Part shown: one piece after another, positions 45,506-55,400 of the stretch
Layout: each line of letters begins with the position of its first letter
How positions within the stretch are numbered: position 1 is the first letter of the stretch
Assembly (NCBI GenBank): GCA_044229975.1
Contig: JBGARZ010000001.1
Span: 384,001-448,000 of the forward strand
Source of the DNA: Polyangiales bacterium
GTDB taxonomy: Bacteria > Myxococcota_A > Polyangia > Polyangiales > Ga0077539
Length of the DNA stretch: 64,000 nt
Direction of reading: 5' to 3'
The notes under the pieces: model-generated
Database searches by the model: none
Seen by the model: the letters and a program-made list of their open reading frames with translations, nothing else
Told to the model about the DNA's origin: nothing
Translations under genes and position numbers: made by a program

Positions 45506-47065
45506 GTGGCGTCGTTGCCCGGCCAGAGCGAACCGCGGACGTCGCAGACCAACCCCACGGGGCCGTCGCAGGGGCTCGAGCTCGACAGCGTTCCGTCGGC
45601 GATGGGCGGGCTCATCGGCACCGAGGACGACGGCAACGAGCACGCGGCCGAAGTCGCGCGGATGGCGCGGGTGTGGTGGTTCGGCGCCCTGGTGTGGGGC
45701 TCGTCCATCAGCCTCGACTGGCTCACGGTGACCTTCGTCGAGCCGGGGCCGCTCGGCTGGTTCGCGGCGCTGCGCGGCGCCGAGCTGGCGGTCATCATCG
45801 CGGTCGCCTTCCGACTAGGGCGGCAGCCGGTGCTGCCCCAGCGCACGGTGGTGGCGCTCGACGTGCTGGGCAACGCGCTCGCGGCCTTCGCCGTGGCGCT
45901 GATGGCGACGCGCTACCGCGGCCTCGCGAGCCCGTACGCCCACGGGGTGTCGTGCGTGCTGGTGGCGCGCGGCATCACGCTGGCGGAGCCCTGGCGGCGC
46001 GGCGCGGTGCGCGTCGGCATCGTGGCCCTCGTCTACCCGGTGACGATGGTGCTGCTCGCCCTCGCCGGGCCGCTGCGCCCACAGCTCTCCGACCCGCGCG
46101 CCCTCGCCATCTTCGCGCAGAACTCCATCTGGATCGTCTCCACCGCTGGGCTGCTGGTGATCGGCGGGCACATCGTGTGGTCGCTGCGGAAGCAGGTGTC
46201 CGAGGCGCGCAAGGTGGGCCGCTACAGGCTGGAGAAGGTGATCGGTAGCGGGGCGATGGGGGAGGTGTGGCTCGCGCGGCACCGGGCGCTCAAGCAAGCG
46301 GTCGCGGTGAAGGTGCTCAAGCCCGGCGGGACGGAGCAGATCACCGTGGCGCGCTTCGAGCGCGAGGTGCGCGCGATGACGCTGCTGCGGCACCCCAACA
46401 CGGTGCGCGTGCTCGACTACGGGCGCACCGCCGACGGGCTCTGGTACTACGTCATGGAGTTGCTGGAGGGCGAGACGCTCTCGGCGCTCATCAAGCGCGA
46501 GGGGCCGCTGTCGCCGACGCGCGCGGTGGCGATGGTCGAGCAGGCGGCGCGGGCGCTGGGTGAGGCGCACGCGGCGGGCGTGGTGCACCGCGACCTGAAG
46601 CCCGACAACCTCTTCGTGACGAAGCTCGGCGGCGAGGCGGACTTCATCAAGGTGCTGGATTTCGGCGTCGCCAAGGTGCTCGCCGGGGAAGAGAACCCCG
46701 ACCTCACCTCGGACAACGCCCTGCTCGGGACGCCGGCGTTCATGTCGCCGGAGCAGATCGCGGGCGACGCGACCGACCCGCGGAGCGACGTGTACGCGCT
46801 GGGCGCGGTGCTCTTCTACCTGCTCACGGGGAAGAAGGTGTTCTCCGCGGCGACCATCAGCGCGCTGCTGGTGAAGCACATGCACGAGACGCCGTCAGCG
46901 CCGTCGACGCTGACGCCCACGGTGAGCCCCGGCCTCGACGCGCTGGTGCTGCGCTGCCTCGCGAAGGACCGCGACGAGCGCTTCGCCGATGGGACGAAGC
47001 TGGCCGAGGCGCTGCGGGCGGTGGACGCCACGGAGCGGGCGGTGGAGGCGACGGTCGACGCGTAG
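45506..47065 (+). CDS. Serine/threonine kinase with N-terminal multi-TM sensor domain
   Basis: ~5-6 TM helices then IGSGAMGEVW, VAVKVL, HRDLKPDN, DFGVAK, GTPAFMSPEQ; start uncertain (45506 or 45602). Confidence 0.88.
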   Translation: MASLPGQSEPRTSQTNPTGPSQGLELDSVPSAMGGLIGTEDDGNEHAAEVARMARVWWFGALVWGSSISLDWLTVTFVEPGPLGWFAALRGAELAVIIAVAFRLGRQPVLPQRTVVALDVLGNALAAFAVALMATRYRGLASPYAHGVSCVLVARGITLAEPWRRGAVRVGIVALVYPVTMVLLALAGPLRPQLSDPRALAIFAQNSIWIVSTAGLLVIGGHIVWSLRKQVSEARKVGRYRLEKVIGSGAMGEVWLARHRALKQAVAVKVLKPGGTEQITVARFEREVRAMTLLRHPNTVRVLDYGRTADGLWYYVMELLEGETLSALIKREGPLSPTRAVAMVEQAARALGEAHAAGVVHRDLKPDNLFVTKLGGEADFIKVLDFGVAKVLAGEENPDLTSDNALLGTPAFMSPEQIAGDATDPRSDVYALGAVLFYLLTGKKVFSAATISALLVKHMHETPSAPSTLTPTVSPGLDALVLRCLAKDRDERFADGTKLAEALRAVDATERAVEATVDA

Positions 47066-47246
47066 CGCGGCTGCGAGAACCGCAAGGGAAGAAGGTGTTG
47101 CTGGACCCGGCGCGACGAAGCGTCCGGCACGAGGCTGCTCATCCAGGATCAACGCCTCGAAGCCCGACCTTCACCTTGTCTGGTCCTTGCGACCCTGGCG
47201 CCCTGGCGGTTGCTTCTTCGAAGCCTGCCAGGTTCGCCCCGCCCCG

Positions 47247-48152
47247 TCAGTCCTCGTAGGCCGAGCTCGCGGTCGAGCTCAACACCAGGTCGAGCGACGA
47301 CGAACCCAGCAGGTTCTTCTCGATGGTGTCGCAGATGCGGGTGAGCGGGAGGTCGTTGGGGTCGTGCCCGAAGGGGTTGTCGAGCTCCTCTCCGAGCGCC
47401 TCGACCATCAGCACGCAGTACGCCGCCATCATCGTGACGACCGGCGCGATGAACCCGAGCTCCTTCACGATGCAGAGCGGCAGCGTCGCAAGGTAGAGCG
47501 CCGTCCCCCGGCGTAGCAGCAGCACGTACCCGAGCGGCGTCGGCGTCTTGCGGATGCGCTCGCAGCCGCCCATCAGGTTGACCAGCGCGCAGACCTCCTC
47601 CTCGGCGCGCGCGGCCATCATCGGGTCGAGGGCGCCGGTGCGCACCATCGTCGCGAGGCGGTTGGAGAGCTGCGACGCGGCGAACGAAGGCAGGTGCGGG
47701 TGCGACGCGACGGGCACCGCCGCGTCCTCGTTGAGCAGGCGGGAGATCTCCGGGTGCTCGGGCTCGTCGCGCAGCGAGCGTCGCGTCGCGTGGGCGAACA
47801 CCACCACCCAGGTCGCGAACTCGCGCGCCGCGTGGGCGTCGACCTTGGCGTGGGTGCTCACGATGCGCCCGAGGTTGCGCGACGCGTTGACGATGCCGCC
47901 CCAGAGCGTTCGCCCCTCCCAGAAGCGGTTGTAGGAGGTGTTGGTGCGAAACGCGAGGATGAGCGCGATGACGGCGCCCGCCACTTCGTAGAGCCCGACG
48001 TTGAGCACGACGTGGGCGTTGAAGTGATGCATCACGCAGACGCCGGTGGCGATGGCCCCGAAGGCGATCACCCGGCGCGGCAGCCCCGGCGAGAACGACC
48101 CGCGCGGGGACACCAGCATGTGGAACCAGTCTTGTTTGCCGTAGAGGAGCAC
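47247..48152 (-). CDS. Bestrophin-family ion channel
   Basis: LAFRTNTSYNRFWEGR.LWG, CERIRKTPTP, EELDNPFGHDPNDLP. Confidence 0.92.
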   Translation of the reverse strand: MLLYGKQDWFHMLVSPRGSFSPGLPRRVIAFGAIATGVCVMHHFNAHVVLNVGLYEVAGAVIALILAFRTNTSYNRFWEGRTLWGGIVNASRNLGRIVSTHAKVDAHAAREFATWVVVFAHATRRSLRDEPEHPEISRLLNEDAAVPVASHPHLPSFAASQLSNRLATMVRTGALDPMMAARAEEEVCALVNLMGGCERIRKTPTPLGYVLLLRRGTALYLATLPLCIVKELGFIAPVVTMMAAYCVLMVEALGEELDNPFGHDPNDLPLTRICDTIEKNLLGSSSLDLVLSSTASSAYED

Positions 48153-48193
48153 CGCCGTTGCGTCGAGCCAACGGCGGCTCCCGTCAAGCGCGG

Positions 48194-50116
48194 TCAGCCC
48201 TTCGGGGCGAGCGCCTTCTGCATCAGGTCGGTCATGCGCTTCGCGAAGCGGTGCGGGTCATCGGGCGTCGAGCCTTCGGTGAGCAACGCCTGGTCGTGGA
48301 GGAGCTCGATCCACTCGTCGAGGTCGGCGTCGCCCTCCGCGGCGCGCGCCTGGATGGCCGCGATGAGCGGGTGCGTCGGGTTGAGCTCCAGCACCCGCGA
48401 CGACGGCGGAACCTCGCGCCCGTTGGCGCGCAGCAGGCGCTCCATGGCGGGGTTCATCCCGCCCGGCGGCACCACGAGGCAGGCCGGCGAGTCCTTGAGG
48501 CGCGCCGAGCTGCGCACCTCGCGCACGCGCGAGCCGAGCACCGACTTCACCTTGTCGATGAGCGGCTTGAGGGCGCCCGCGGCGGCCTCCTCCGAGGCCT
48601 TCGCCTCGGGGCTCGCGTCGAGCTTGAGGTCGGCGTTGGCCACGTTGGCCAGCTTCTTCCCCTGGAACTCCTTGAGCCCGTCGGCCGCCAGCGTATCGAT
48701 GGGGTCGAAGAGGTAGAGCACCTCGTAGCCGCGCTCGCGCAGCGCCTCCAGGTGCGGCGAGTTGGCGGCCGCCTGACGGGTCTCGCCGATGGAGTAGTAG
48801 ATCGCCTCCTGCCCCTCCTTCATGCGCCCGACGTACTCGGCCAGCGACGTGATGCCGTCGCCGTTGGAGCTATCGAAGCGCACCAGGGTGCCCAGGCGCT
48901 CGCGGTACTCGTAGTCGAGGTGCAGCCCCTCCTTGAGCACCTTGCCGAACTGCGACCAGAACGTGGCGTAGGTCTCGGGCGAGTCCTTGGCGAGCTCGTC
49001 GAGCCGGTCGAGGGTCTTCTTGGCGACCTGGCGCTTGATGGCGCGCACCACGGCGGAGTCCTGCAAGGTCTCGCGCGACACGTTGAGCGGCAGGTCGTCG
49101 GAGTCGATGACGCCGCGCACGAAGCGCAGCCACAGCGGAACCAGCGCGTCGCAGTTGTCCATGATGAACACCCGCTTCACGAAGAGCTTCACGCCGCGGC
49201 GCCCCTCGCCCGGGGTGTCCATCTCGAAGGGCGGGCGCTTGGGGAGGTAGAGCAACCCCGCGAACTCCTGCGACCCCTCGACCTTGAAGTGCGCCCACGC
49301 CAGCGGCTCTTCCCAGTCGTTGGTGACGTGCTTGTAGAACTCCTTGTACTGCTCGTCGGTGATCTCGCTCTTCGAGCGCTGCCACAGCGCGCGGGCCTGG
49401 TTGATCACCTCGAAGTCGGGCTTCTTCTCGGCCTCCTCCTCGCCCTCCTTCTTCTCGTCCGCGTCTTCTTCCTTGTCGCGCGCGAGCTCGATGGGGTGGC
49501 CGACGAAGTCCGAGTACTTCTGGACGAGGTCCTTCAACTGCCAGGTCTGGAGGAAGTCCTTCTGGTCGTCCTTCAGGTGCAGCACCACCGAGGTGCCGCG
49601 CGCGGCGCGCGTCGCAGGCTCGATGTCGAAGCCGTCCTTCGCGTTGGACGACCACTTCCACGCGTCGTCGCTGCCCGCCGCGCGCGACACGACCTCCACC
49701 CGGTCGGCCACCAGCCACGCCGCGTAGAACCCCACGCCGAACTGCCCGATGAGCTGGAGGTCGGCCTTCTCGCCGCGCCCCTTGAGCATCTCGACGAACT
49801 TCTTCGACCCCGAGCGCGCGATGGTGCCGAGGTTTTCGATGAGCTCGTCGTGGGTCATGCCCACGCCGTTGTCCTCGATGGTGAGCGTCCCCGCCGTCGC
49901 GTCGGGGATGAGCCGGATGCCCAGCGACTCTTCGCCGTGCAGGCCCGCCTCGGTCACGCCGCGAAACTTCAGCTTGTCGATGGCGTCGGAGGCGTTGGAG
50001 ATGAGCTCCCGGAGGAAGACCTCGCGGTGGCTGTAGAGGGAGTGGATCACCAGGTCGAGGACCTGGCTCACCTCGGCTTGAAAGGAGTGGTGTTCGGGCT
50101 TGGGGTTGGTGTCCAT
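48194..50116 (-). CDS. htpG: Hsp90 chaperone HtpG
   Basis: YSHREVFLRELISNASDA, NLGTIARSGS, IGQFGVGFY, LNVSRE. Confidence 0.97.
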   Translation of the reverse strand: MDTNPKPEHHSFQAEVSQVLDLVIHSLYSHREVFLRELISNASDAIDKLKFRGVTEAGLHGEESLGIRLIPDATAGTLTIEDNGVGMTHDELIENLGTIARSGSKKFVEMLKGRGEKADLQLIGQFGVGFYAAWLVADRVEVVSRAAGSDDAWKWSSNAKDGFDIEPATRAARGTSVVLHLKDDQKDFLQTWQLKDLVQKYSDFVGHPIELARDKEEDADEKKEGEEEAEKKPDFEVINQARALWQRSKSEITDEQYKEFYKHVTNDWEEPLAWAHFKVEGSQEFAGLLYLPKRPPFEMDTPGEGRRGVKLFVKRVFIMDNCDALVPLWLRFVRGVIDSDDLPLNVSRETLQDSAVVRAIKRQVAKKTLDRLDELAKDSPETYATFWSQFGKVLKEGLHLDYEYRERLGTLVRFDSSNGDGITSLAEYVGRMKEGQEAIYYSIGETRQAAANSPHLEALRERGYEVLYLFDPIDTLAADGLKEFQGKKLANVANADLKLDASPEAKASEEAAAGALKPLIDKVKSVLGSRVREVRSSARLKDSPACLVVPPGGMNPAMERLLRANGREVPPSSRVLELNPTHPLIAAIQARAAEGDADLDEWIELLHDQALLTEGSTPDDPHRFAKRMTDLMQKALAPKG

Positions 50117-50169
50117 GGCGACCGAGGCTGATAACCAGCCGTGCGCCGGGGCTCAACCCCTTTCGTCGA

Positions 50170-51555
50170 TCATTCCGCCAGGGACGGCGACACGAACGCA
50201 TCGCGCTGCGCCCACAGCTCGTCGGCGACCTCCGCCGGGAGCCCGTCGACCAACGATCCGATGGCCTGGTCGACGTCGCCGCCCTCGGCCGCCGCCCGGC
50301 CCGAGCGCCGCGCGATGTCGCTCGCCGCCTCCAACACCATCCGCGCCGTCATCCGCCCGACCATCCCGCCGAGGGTCTTGAGCGCCTCGCCCTGGGCCCG
50401 CGCCTCGGACTCCGACTCGGCGCGCATCACCCTGATCTGCTCCATCGCCGCCGCCAGCTTGCGGGCGTAGCGGTCGCGGTATCCCTGCGCTTCCTTCGCC
50501 TCGCGCAGCGCCGTCTCGACGCGCTCGGAGACGTCCGTCGCGTAGGTTCCGAGCGCCTCGCGCGTCGCTTCGAGCTCGCGCAACGCCTCGGAGTGCTCCT
50601 GCTGCAGCGCGGCCACGACGTCGAGGTGCTCGGCGCGGATGGACTCCAAGGCGACCTCCCGCGCGTCCTCCATCGAGCGCTTCAGGGCGAGCGTGGCCTC
50701 CTCCGCGGAGATGCGCGCGGCCCGCTCGGCGGCGAGCTCCTCGGCCTGCTCGTCCTCCATCGCGCGCAGGGCGATGGCGTGCGCCGCGCGGGCCGCCTCG
50801 AAGCGCGCCACCAGTGCTTCCTGCGCCCCTTCGGCCTCGGCGCGGCAGCGCTCCACCACCGTCGCGAGCTCACCGCGCAGCGCCGCGAGCTCGCGCGCGT
50901 GAACCTCCGTCGCCCGCTGCCGCTCGGCGTTGAGCGCGTGCAGCGCCGAGCGCAGCCCCTGGGCGTCGTTGGCGATCTCCTGGAGCTGGCGGCGGGCCTC
51001 GTCGCGCTCGCGGGTGCGGTCTTCGCAGTAGCGCCGCCACTCGTGGACGGTGCCGTCGGCCTGCATGAGGGCGCTGGCGGTCTGCTCGCGCTCCTGGCGC
51101 ACCGACTCGAGCGTCCGACCGAGGGTCGCGCGCTCGGCCTCGATGGCCTGGAACACCCCGTCCCGCGACCGCAGCCGCTCTTCGAGTTCGGCGCGCTCGC
51201 GGCGCATGCGCTCGACCACCTCGCGCGACTCCATCATCGCGCGGTCGCGCCCCACCTGGTGGCTCTTGAGCGCGAGGATCTCGTTGTCCTTGCGGGCGAG
51301 GGCCTCGCGCAGGAGGGCGATGCGCCGGGTGCCGCCGCCGTCGCCGTTGCGGGTGGCCTCGTCGAGCTCGCGGTGCGCGCGCTGGAGGGCCTCGACCTCG
51401 CGGCGGAGGTGGGCGTTTTCCGAGACGAGCTGATCGCGGTGCCGGGCGATCTGCTGGGCGGCGGCGTGGGCCGCGCGGTACTCCGGCTCGGGGACGAAGG
51501 ACGGGAGCTCGTTGTGCGTGTCGACCGGGCTCGGGCTCTCGTAGTTCAGCGCCAT
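50170..51555 (-). CDS. Long coiled-coil protein
   Basis: ~460 aa rich in E/R/A/L heptads; GGAGG RBS before ATG 51555. Confidence 0.75.
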   Translation of the reverse strand: MALNYESPSPVDTHNELPSFVPEPEYRAAHAAAQQIARHRDQLVSENAHLRREVEALQRAHRELDEATRNGDGGGTRRIALLREALARKDNEILALKSHQVGRDRAMMESREVVERMRRERAELEERLRSRDGVFQAIEAERATLGRTLESVRQEREQTASALMQADGTVHEWRRYCEDRTRERDEARRQLQEIANDAQGLRSALHALNAERQRATEVHARELAALRGELATVVERCRAEAEGAQEALVARFEAARAAHAIALRAMEDEQAEELAAERAARISAEEATLALKRSMEDAREVALESIRAEHLDVVAALQQEHSEALRELEATREALGTYATDVSERVETALREAKEAQGYRDRYARKLAAAMEQIRVMRAESESEARAQGEALKTLGGMVGRMTARMVLEAASDIARRSGRAAAEGGDVDQAIGSLVDGLPAEVADELWAQRDAFVSPSLAE

Positions 51556-51662
51556 GAAGAAGACCTCCGAGTCCCCCGATGGACCAGACCGACAAGTGGG
51601 GTCCAGTTTTCTGCGCAGATGGCTTTGACGATCCAACGGCCGTGCGGTCACCCTCGACGGCG

Positions 51663-52076
51663 ATGCAGTACCCACCGCCTCCCCCGGCATCGGGCTCCAC
51701 CGCGGGTCCGAACGTTCCCTACGGCGCACCGCAGGGCTTCGGCCCGCCGCCCGGCTACGGCCAGCCCATGGGGTACGACCCGCGCCTCGCCCGCGCGGCG
51801 CAGCTCGCCGAGAGCGCCCGCAACTGGCTCATCATCTGCGCCATCGGGTGGTTCGTGGGCTTCGTGATGATCACCGGCCCGCTCGCGTGGTACCAGGCGA
51901 CCGAGATCGGCAAGGAGTTCGGCACGCTGGGCCTGGAGCCGCCGAGCGACGTCCGAAACCTCCGGCTGCTGGGCATCATCTCGACCATCTTCGTCGCGGT
52001 GGGCTTCCTCGTCGTGATCGGGATCTTCGTGCTCGTCGGCGCGGGCATGTTCGCCTCGGGCGCCTTCGCTCGCTGA
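51663..52076 (+). CDS. Small membrane protein with Pro/Gly/Tyr-rich N-terminus (DUF4190-like)
   Basis: MQYPPPPP..PYGAPQG..YGQP then two TM segments. Confidence 0.7.
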   Translation: MQYPPPPPASGSTAGPNVPYGAPQGFGPPPGYGQPMGYDPRLARAAQLAESARNWLIICAIGWFVGFVMITGPLAWYQATEIGKEFGTLGLEPPSDVRNLRLLGIISTIFVAVGFLVVIGIFVLVGAGMFASGAFAR

Positions 52077-52257
52077 CCAGCGGGCGCCGCTCCATCGCGG
52101 CTGACAGAGGACTGTCAGCCGAGCGCGCCGCGAAGGATGGCGCGAGAGCAGGCAGCCTCGTCGGACACGCGATGCAGGAGGCCAACGCAGCTTCAGGCGT
52201 GGAGTCGCCACCATGGCTGGCAGCCCATCCAGCTTCGGGCCTGGATCCGTCGCCCTT

Positions 52258-52383
52258 CCTGCCTGCCAGACACGGCTCGACCCGTTCCTGGCAGCCTCCC
52301 CTGCCTGCCAGACACGGCTCGACCCGTTCCTGGCTGCCTCCCCTGCCTGCCAGACACGGCTCGACCCGTTCCTGGCTGCCTCC
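52258..52383. repeat. Three tandem 42-bp hairpin-containing repeats
   Basis: cctgcctgccagacacggctcgacccgttcctggc(a/t)gcctcc at 52258, 52300, 52342. Confidence 0.93.
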
Positions 52384-52418
52384 TGAGGCGGTGCGTCATC
52401 GCTCGCGTCACCCGGCGC

Positions 52419-55400
52419 TCACCCGTCCGCCCCGGCTGTGATCGGTACGACCAGCGTCGTCTCCCCGCCCGTCGTCGTCGGCAGCACCAGGCCCTCCATC
52501 GCCGTCATCAGCGCCGGAACCAACACCGCCCACCCCTCGTCCTCGTCCAGTGTTCGCACCCGCACGACGTGCCCATCCGCGGCGATGGTGAACTCCACCC
52601 GTGCGCGTCCGTGCAGCCCCGGGTTCTCGCGCAGCATGCGCGACACCACCGCGCGCACGCGCACCGAGAGCGCCCGCATCGCGACCTGCCGCTCGTCCTC
52701 GTGGTGCTCGTCCGGCACCGCGCTCATCGGCCTGACCACCGCCGTCGCCCTCGTCGGCGGAGCCGCCTGCACGACATCGACGACCCCGAGGCCCGCCGAC
52801 GGTCCGGCCATCGCGAGGCGACCCGCGAGGGCATACCCACCGCCGCCACCGCTCGACGCAGAGCCATCCGCAAACAGCCCCCCAGGGCGCACCGTCGCCA
52901 CACCCACCACCGCGCTCAACGGCGGCGTCGCGCTCCTCGGCTGCGCCACCCCCGGCGTCGGCGTGGGTGCCTCGTCCACCGCCACGAAGGACGTGTACTC
53001 CGTCACCAGCCCGAAGCGCATGCCCAGCGCCGTCACCTCGTCGCGCATCGCCGCGACCTCGCCCAGCAGCATCGCGCGCGTCAGCTCCTTCACCCGCGCC
53101 CGCGCCCACAGCGACGGCAGCGCGTCCCTCTCCCACGTCGACCGCACCCCCGCGTCGCCCGTCGACGCCGGCAGGTCGACCTCCACCGCGCGCTCCCACC
53201 GCCGACCGCCCACGAGCCCGCGCACCCGGATGGTCCCCCTCCCGCCGCGCGTGTACCGCGCGTGCAGCAGCACCGGCCGGTCGGCATACAGATCGGGCAT
53301 CACCCGCGGAAACGCCTCGCGCACGTCGAGGTCGCCGAAGTCCACGCTCACGTCCGTCAGGCACGGCCGGTCGATCATCGCCGCGAAGCGCGACGCCGCC
53401 ATCGCTGCGTCCTCGCCGGGCGTCACCACGCTGGCCTCCCCGCGGCCCTCCTCCGCGATGGTCTCCAACAGGTACCGATTGACCGCGCTCCCGACGCCCA
53501 GCGTGAACACCCGCGACGCCCCCAGCGCCCCTCTCACGCCCGCCAGGACCGCGCGCTCGTCGCCCACGTAGCCGTCCGACACCACGACCACCACCTTCAA
53601 GCGACCACCCGCCGCTGCGCCCGCGAGCGCCGCGTCGAGCCCCGCGCGCAGCCCCGTCGCTCCGGCCGCCTGGAGCCCGTCGATGAAGGCCAGCGCCCTC
53701 GCCCGGCTCGCGTCATCCACCGTCAACGCGTCGGCGCTCAGCGGCGTCACCACGTCCGAAAACGCCAGCACCCGAAACGCATCCCCGGCGCGCAGCCGCC
53801 GCACCGACTCGCGCAGCACCGCCTTCGCCTGCTCCATCGATCGGCCCCGCATCGAGCTCGACACGTCCACCGCAAACACCACCTCGCGCGGCGTCACCAT
53901 CGCATCAGGAACCCTCGCCTCAGGGTGGATCTGCAACGTCAGGTAGCGCCCATCGGGCCCTTCGGAGGTGAGCACCGACGGCGCGGCCACCGACACCGCC
54001 GGCGCATACCGCAGCACGTAGTCCCGATCGGCCGCGACGCGCGCCGACCGCAGCGCCACCGTGCGCGGCCCCGCTCCGCTGCCGGTGACGTTCACCTCGT
54101 GCGAGGGCGACCCGATGGAGGCGAGCGCCACCCCGAGGCCCACCGTCGCGCGCACCGACGCATCACCCACCGGCTGCGTCGCGAGCGCCCCCGTCGCGCC
54201 CGATCGCAGCGGCAGCACCAGCTCGTACTGCCCATCGCGCCACGCCACCGTCTGAACAAATCGCAGCCGCACCGACACCCGCTCGCCCGGCCGGATGTTG
54301 GCCACCGCCTGCCGAAACAGGTTGGGCCGCTCCTGCTCCAGCAGCGCCGCCGTACGACCGCGCGCCCTCGCCTGCTGGTACGTGCGCCGCGCGTCGCCTC
54401 GCGTCTGCACGCTCCCCTGGATGACCCGCGCGCCGACCCGCAGCTCCATCGCATCGACGGCCGCGTCGCCCGGCAATGGGAAGAGGTACTCCGCGTCGAT
54501 GGTCTGCGCGTGCGGATTGCCAAACTCCTGCGCCACGGTCACCCGCGCCACCGGCCCCTCGACCGTCGCCTCCATCTCCGTGTGAACCATCGGCAGCCGC
54601 TCGCCGCTCGCGCCCGTCGCGCGCAGCGTCCCGGCCGTCGGTCGCTCGTCCTCCGCGGGCGCCGCCTCGCTCGCCGTGAGCCCCGTGTGCGACGCGTTGC
54701 CGCCCCACATGTGCCAGCCGTCGAGCGAACGGTCGCCGATCTCCATCCCGACGACCTTGCCGCGTGTCGTCACCACGTAGACCCAGCCGTTGGCCACCGC
54801 GGGCTGAAACCCGATGGGCTCGCCCACGCGCACCGCCCACGTCGTCTGCCCCGAGTCGATGTCCAACCCGAAGACATCCCCGCCCCGCGTCCCGACCACG
54901 AGCTGCGAGCCCACCACCGCGGGCGACGTCACCCCGCGCACCGCGCCGCCCATCGGGTTGCGCTTGCGCCACACCACCGCGCCCGTCGACTGCGAGCGCG
55001 CCACGATCTCGTCGCCCATCGCCTGGTACACCCGACCGTCCGCCACCGCGGGCCGTGAGCCCTCCCAGGCCCAGCCTGGTTCGGTTCCGCCGGTGTCGGG
55101 TCGCTGCGCTACGTAGCCCGCCCGCACGCCCTCGCCGCGCGTCTCGACGACCCCCGTGCGCGCGTTGATCACCAGCGGCCGCTCATGCCCGCGATCGACC
55201 CGCTGCGCGAGGTAGAGCCGCTCGCCGTCCACGGCCGGGGCGCTCGTCGCCCCCGCGCGCCGCGACCACATCCGTCGGCCGTCGGTGGTGCGCCAGCGGG
55301 CGACGGTTCCGTCCATGAGCGTCGCGTACACGGCGTCGCCGACGACCACCGGCGCGGTCATCACGTCGGCCGTCACGGGCCGCGACCACAGCACCCGCCC

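Noticed and set aside
52137..52441. CRISPR array or repeat-protein ORFs over the 42-bp repeats
   Set aside because: No spacers; the ORFs are shadows of the repeat and of the opposite-strand gene
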